Shown here: in pieces, positions 60,088-64,000 of the stretch
Layout of the letters: every line of letters begins with the position of its first letter
How positions within the stretch are numbered: position 1 is the stretch's first letter
Assembly: GCA_964399675.1 (NCBI GenBank)
Contig: CAYNRK010000003.1
Span: 73,033 to 137,032 of the forward strand
DNA from: an uncultured Gammaproteobacteria bacterium
GTDB taxonomy: Bacteria > Patescibacteriota > Patescibacteriia > UBA9934 > GWF2-40-263
DNA: 64,000 nucleotides
Direction of reading: 5' to 3'
Program-made: the position numbers and the translations under genes
The notes under the pieces: model-generated
Seen by the model: the letters and a program-made list of their open reading frames with translations, nothing else
What the model was told of the DNA's origin: nothing
The model's database searches: none

Positions 60088-61131
60088 ATGAAAGTTGTTG
60101 AATCGGTCACTCAAGGCCAGCCAGACAAAATTTGCGATCAAATTGCTGACGCAATCGTGGATGAGTATTTGCGTCGGGACAAGTTCGCAAGAACGGATAT
60201 AAACGTAATGGGGTCGCGTGGAATGATTATGATTGGCGGTGAGGTTAACTCCACTGCTGACTTTGATGTTGGTGCTCTTGCCAAGCAAATCTATCTTGAC
60301 ATTGGTTATCAGGATGATGTGGATGTGTTTGTGAATCTTGAAGATCAGTCAGAAGAAATGAAGCGTGTTAAAAATGGTTGTAACGATACTGTGGTGGTAA
60401 ACGGCTATGCAACGCATGAAACTCGCGAGATGTTGCCGCGACCTTTGGTGTTCGCTCATAAACTTGCACAGCGTCTTGATGATTTGCGAAAAACTGACCC
60501 TGCTTTTTCCTGGCTCAAACCAGACGGCAAGGTTCAGCTTCTTATGGATCAAGATAAAGTTTGTTCAGTTACACTTCTTGCATCACACCAAGTATCAATT
60601 GATGAAAAGCAAGTTCAAGCTGCGCTTCTTGAACGAGTGATATTACCGATTGTTGGCGAGGAAGGTGTAAAGATTTTTATTAATCCAATTGGATCTTTTA
60701 CAATTTCCGGGTTCCGTGCCGATTCCGGAGTAAGCGGTCACAAAACAACGGTTGATACTTATGGAGGTCTTATTCCATCCGGTGACAAAGCACTCTCAGG
60801 TAAGGATCCACACAAAGCTGAACGAGCTGGCGCATATATAGCGCGTTATGTTGCTAAGTATTTGGTGGATCAAGAGTTGGCAAGCGCGGCTCTTGTAACG
60901 CTTGCATATTCAATGGGTCAGTCTGAGCCAATTCATGTGCAAGCGCTTGGAATGGGGGAAAAATCAAAAGGTTCAAAAATGAATCTTACTAACTTGATTA
61001 AACAAGAGTTTGATTTCAGACCAGAGGCTGTTGTTGAGAAACTTGGTCTTGCTGATCCGATTTATAGAAAAACTGCTGTTTATGGTCACTTTGGCCGAGT
61101 TGGATTTCCTTGGGAAGAAAAAGTTTGTTAA
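60088..61131 (+). CDS. metK: Divergent S-adenosylmethionine synthetase
   Basis: ESVT.G.PDKICDQIAD, PDGKVQ, VDTYGG, SGKDP, YGHFG; several active-site motifs altered. Confidence 0.85.
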   Translation: MKVVESVTQGQPDKICDQIADAIVDEYLRRDKFARTDINVMGSRGMIMIGGEVNSTADFDVGALAKQIYLDIGYQDDVDVFVNLEDQSEEMKRVKNGCNDTVVVNGYATHETREMLPRPLVFAHKLAQRLDDLRKTDPAFSWLKPDGKVQLLMDQDKVCSVTLLASHQVSIDEKQVQAALLERVILPIVGEEGVKIFINPIGSFTISGFRADSGVSGHKTTVDTYGGLIPSGDKALSGKDPHKAERAGAYIARYVAKYLVDQELASAALVTLAYSMGQSEPIHVQALGMGEKSKGSKMNLTNLIKQEFDFRPEAVVEKLGLADPIYRKTAVYGHFGRVGFPWEEKVC

Positions 61132-61160
61132 AATGTTGGCGTAATGTACTCAAATAATTT

Positions 61161-61754
61161 ATGAAAAGATTTATTCCAGTAGTGCTTTGTGCACTTGTGT
61201 TGACAGGAGCTGGGTGTTCATCAGAGCCTGTCACAGAGGAGGAATTAACTATTACTTTTAATGAGCCTGTGCAAGAAACAATAACCTGGGAGTTTCCAGG
61301 AGCTCTCCCAGACGAGGAGATTCAAAACAAACAAATAAGACTTGCAACTGAAAAAGGTGACATCGTGTTTGAGCTTTTTGCAGACACTGCACCAAAAACA
61401 GTTTCTAACTTTGTTTACTTAACTAACGGTGGATATTACAACGGACTTACCTTTCATCGTCGTGAAGAAGGGTTTGTGATTCAAGGTGGAGATCCATCTG
61501 GGAATGGAACCGGTGGTCCTGGATATAAGTTTGAAGATGAGTTAAGTGATCCGCACAGTTATGATCGAGGAATTGTTGCAATGGCAAACTCCGGTCCAAA
61601 CACAAACGGTTCACAATTTTTTATAATGCTTGGTGATGTACCGCTTCCAAAAAGTTATTCAATTTTTGGGAGAGTTACAGAAGGAATGGAAGTTGTTGAC
61701 CAAATTCAGATCGGTGACAAAATGGAAGAAGTAAGAGTGGAGGATAAACAGTAA
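61161..61754 (+). CDS. Cyclophilin-type peptidyl-prolyl isomerase, lipoprotein
   Basis: LTGAGC lipobox; FHR, FVIQGGDP, AMANSGPNTNGSQFFI. Confidence 0.95.
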   Translation: MKRFIPVVLCALVLTGAGCSSEPVTEEELTITFNEPVQETITWEFPGALPDEEIQNKQIRLATEKGDIVFELFADTAPKTVSNFVYLTNGGYYNGLTFHRREEGFVIQGGDPSGNGTGGPGYKFEDELSDPHSYDRGIVAMANSGPNTNGSQFFIMLGDVPLPKSYSIFGRVTEGMEVVDQIQIGDKMEEVRVEDKQ

Positions 61755-61761
61755 ATTAACT

Positions 61762-62895
61762 ATGAACAAGAAACACAGGTTCGGATTTTACGTGCCTGTG
61801 TTTTTGATTTTATTGATTGCGTTGCCGTTTGTTGTTTCAGGTTTTCTTGTTAATCGTATGTCATCCCGACCGAGCGAAGCGAGCGGAGGGATCTCGAATA
61901 CGCGAGATCTCTCCGTTCCGTCCGGCCAAAGGCCAGACTCCAGTCGAGATGACACAAAGGTTCCTCTCCCAACAGAAGTCCGCGGGATTTATTGGACAAG
62001 TTCAACAGCACATTCAAAACGAGCTGATCAGTTGCTTTCGTACATGAAATCAACCGGACTAAACACAGTTGTTATTGATCTTAAAACAGACGCAGGTAAA
62101 GTTGTGATGACTGATCCCACAGTTCTGGAGAAGTTGGCTGAGGAAAATATTTATCGAATCGCCAGACTTTCAGTAATGCGAGATGGTGCTTATGCGCGCG
62201 AGCATCCAGAGTTTGCACTCAAGTCAGCAACAGGGGATTTTTGGTATGACAACATTGGTTCGGTCTGGGTTGATCCTGCAGCTGAGCAAGTTTGGGAGAA
62301 TGCGATTGTGCTGGCAAAAGAGGCTTATGCAAATGGATTTGATGAGATCCAATTTGATTACGTTCGTTTTCCTTCGGACGGAGCAGTGAGTTCAATTAAA
62401 TATCCTGTTTATAATTTTTCAAAATCAAAAGCTGAGGTAATGGAAAAGTTTTTTGAGTTTGTTGGAGGTGAAATGATGCAAGAGGGTATTCCTGTTTCTT
62501 TTGATTTGTTTGGTATGACATTTTGGACTTTTGAAGATTTTAGAATCGGACAGAGACTCATAGATGTTTTGCCAAATGCAGATTTTATTTCACCAATGGT
62601 TTATCCGTCACATTACCCCGATTGGTTTGAGGGGTATGGAAATCCAGCGGAGTATCCATACGAGATTGTAAAACGTTCGCTTGATGAGGGAACAAAGTTA
62701 ATGCGAGGATTCTTTTCTGGTAGTGAAAAAGAACTTAGAAACAAATTTAGACCATGGATTCAAGATTTTGACATTGGCGCAGTTTATACTTCTGAAAAAA
62801 TAGAAGCACAAATAAAAGCTTGTCGCGATGCGGGCGCGTCCGGTTGGATTTTGTGGAATGCGCGTAATGTTTATGAGCCAGCAAATTATCAATAA
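61762..62895 (+). CDS. DUF4015-like putative glycoside hydrolase (with palindromic insertion)
   Basis: VRGIY, WVDP, GFDEIQFDYVRFP, SPMVYPSHY, RPWIQDF, GWILWN. Confidence 0.85.
   Translation: MNKKHRFGFYVPVFLILLIALPFVVSGFLVNRMSSRPSEASGGISNTRDLSVPSGQRPDSSRDDTKVPLPTEVRGIYWTSSTAHSKRADQLLSYMKSTGLNTVVIDLKTDAGKVVMTDPTVLEKLAEENIYRIARLSVMRDGAYAREHPEFALKSATGDFWYDNIGSVWVDPAAEQVWENAIVLAKEAYANGFDEIQFDYVRFPSDGAVSSIKYPVYNFSKSKAEVMEKFFEFVGGEMMQEGIPVSFDLFGMTFWTFEDFRIGQRLIDVLPNADFISPMVYPSHYPDWFEGYGNPAEYPYEIVKRSLDEGTKLMRGFFSGSEKELRNKFRPWIQDFDIGAVYTSEKIEAQIKACRDAGASGWILWNARNVYEPANYQ
61859..61954. repeat. Family A palindrome translated in frame (MSSRPSEASGGISNTRDLS...RDD)
   Basis: 96-bp tgtcatcccgacc...gagatgaca within ORF linker. 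Confidence 0.9.
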
Positions 62896-62896
62896 T

Positions 62897-63163
62897 ATGA
62901 TTTTTATAAAAGAGGTAAACCCGTTTCCTAATGCAAGTTTTTTGGTTAAAGTCGAATCTGATAAGACAACCGAACATAAGGTTGGGCTTGAAGAAAGTTA
63001 TTATCAAAAACTCACTGAAGGCAAAGTCGCGCCAGAAAAGTTGATTAAAAAGTCGTTTGAATTTCTTTTGGCTCGCGAGCCAAACACATCGATTTTAAGA
63101 TCGTTTGACTTGCCAATGATTGGGCAGTATTTTCCTGAATACGAAAAGGAGATAAAAAAGTAA
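62897..63163 (+). CDS. Conserved-looking hypothetical protein
   Basis: SFEFLLAREP..SIL..FDL..I..YFPEYE. Confidence 0.75.
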   Translation: MIFIKEVNPFPNASFLVKVESDKTTEHKVGLEESYYQKLTEGKVAPEKLIKKSFEFLLAREPNTSILRSFDLPMIGQYFPEYEKEIKK

Positions 63164-63216
63164 GGACATTAATTTCTCATATGGGAAAATAATGTTCAAT
63201 TAATTTGTTTTTGTTT

Positions 63217-63789
63217 ATGTTGAACCAATTGTCATTTTTAAAAAATATATCTTGGGACGAAGTGTTTTCTGTTTGGAAAGCGCACGAGGGTGCGGATCCT
63301 GTTTGGCAAGAGTTTGCTAAAAAAGAAAAAGGTTGGGGTTCATGGGAAGAGTGGCGCAGCAATCAGTCTGAATTTATAAATGCACAGGATCGAGAATGGA
63401 AGCTTTATGAGATCAGATGTCCAAACGAGCTTATCCCAAAATTTCGCATTGGGCCATTTAATGGTTGGCAAAAACATTTTGAAAAAAAGAACGTTTATAC
63501 ATTTGAAGATTTGGTTCAGAGAAAAACTGAATGGGTTTTGAATAATATTGGTGTTCAAGCCAGAAGAAATAATTTTCCAAAGAGTACACAGTTTATTGGA
63601 TTTTATCTTGAAGATGATGACGTTGTTGTTCTCTTTGAAGGTCATCATCGTGCAGCAGCTGTTGCGCTTGCTGCTTATGAAAAAAATCCTATTCAATTTG
63701 AAATAAATCCAACAATAGCTTTGACAATTTTAAAAGGTGATCAAACAGAATTTTTTGATCAGATTCTCCAGCATCGCTTTGAACGATGA
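63217..63789 (+). CDS. Hypothetical protein (EGHHR ParB/Srx-like motif)
   Basis: VLFEGHHRAAA. Confidence 0.7.
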   Translation: MLNQLSFLKNISWDEVFSVWKAHEGADPVWQEFAKKEKGWGSWEEWRSNQSEFINAQDREWKLYEIRCPNELIPKFRIGPFNGWQKHFEKKNVYTFEDLVQRKTEWVLNNIGVQARRNNFPKSTQFIGFYLEDDDVVVLFEGHHRAAAVALAAYEKNPIQFEINPTIALTILKGDQTEFFDQILQHRFER

Positions 63790-63942
63790 GGTGATGTTGA
63801 CACAAAGCGAAAATAATGATTAAATATCAATCCGAATTTCCGGGTTGATTCTTTTGTGCGTTAACCACAAAAGGACTGGAATTCTGGAAGCGCTGTGCGA
63901 TAACCACAGTGTTGGTGTCACTCTTTCACAATGGAGTCTGCG

Positions 63943-64000
63943 ATGACCAGACGAAAAGACAGGCGGTCGATCACCGAACTGATCGGCGAACTGGCTCTAC
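63943..64000 (+). CDS. Start of GC-rich orphan gene (runs off window)
   Basis: TTGACA at 63797, GGAG SD, MTRRKDRRSITELIGELAL... Confidence 0.45.
   Translation, partial: MTRRKDRRSITELIGELAL

Overview
AT-rich chromosomal window (standard genetic code; TGA used as stop) whose gene content and style (core genes mostly without Shine-Dalgarno sites, many orphan proteins) suggest a Patescibacteria/CPR bacterium (inference). Core genes: pheT (partial), dnaE, thrS with a T-box, miaB, miaA, gatB, tmk-dut/thyA-folA, rplA-rplK-nusG-secE, gyrB, rodA, rplY, prmC, prfA, rpmE, queA, rpsB-tsf, gap-pgk-eno-gpmI, mltG, pcrA/uvrD, lexA, a divergent metK and a cyclophilin. Accessory content: a toxin-antitoxin hotspot (7-10.5 kb) punctuated by an 18-bp repeat, several GC-rich orphan transcription units each with a TTGACA promoter, and many palindromic REP-like elements, five of them translated in frame inside proteins. 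Two standouts: (1) a ~1.6-kb promoter- and terminator-bounded, tetraloop-rich, internally duplicated candidate giant non-coding RNA, plus a ~200-nt sister RNA, between prfA and prmC; (2) a ThyA with the dCMP-specificity signature (Asn177->Asp, His147->Pro) next to DHFR, dut and tmk and near a dCMP-deaminase/DNPH1-like fusion, suggesting thymidylate synthesis via 5-methyl-dCMP. No tRNA, rRNA or CRISPR array was seen. All calls are by eye, without database searches.
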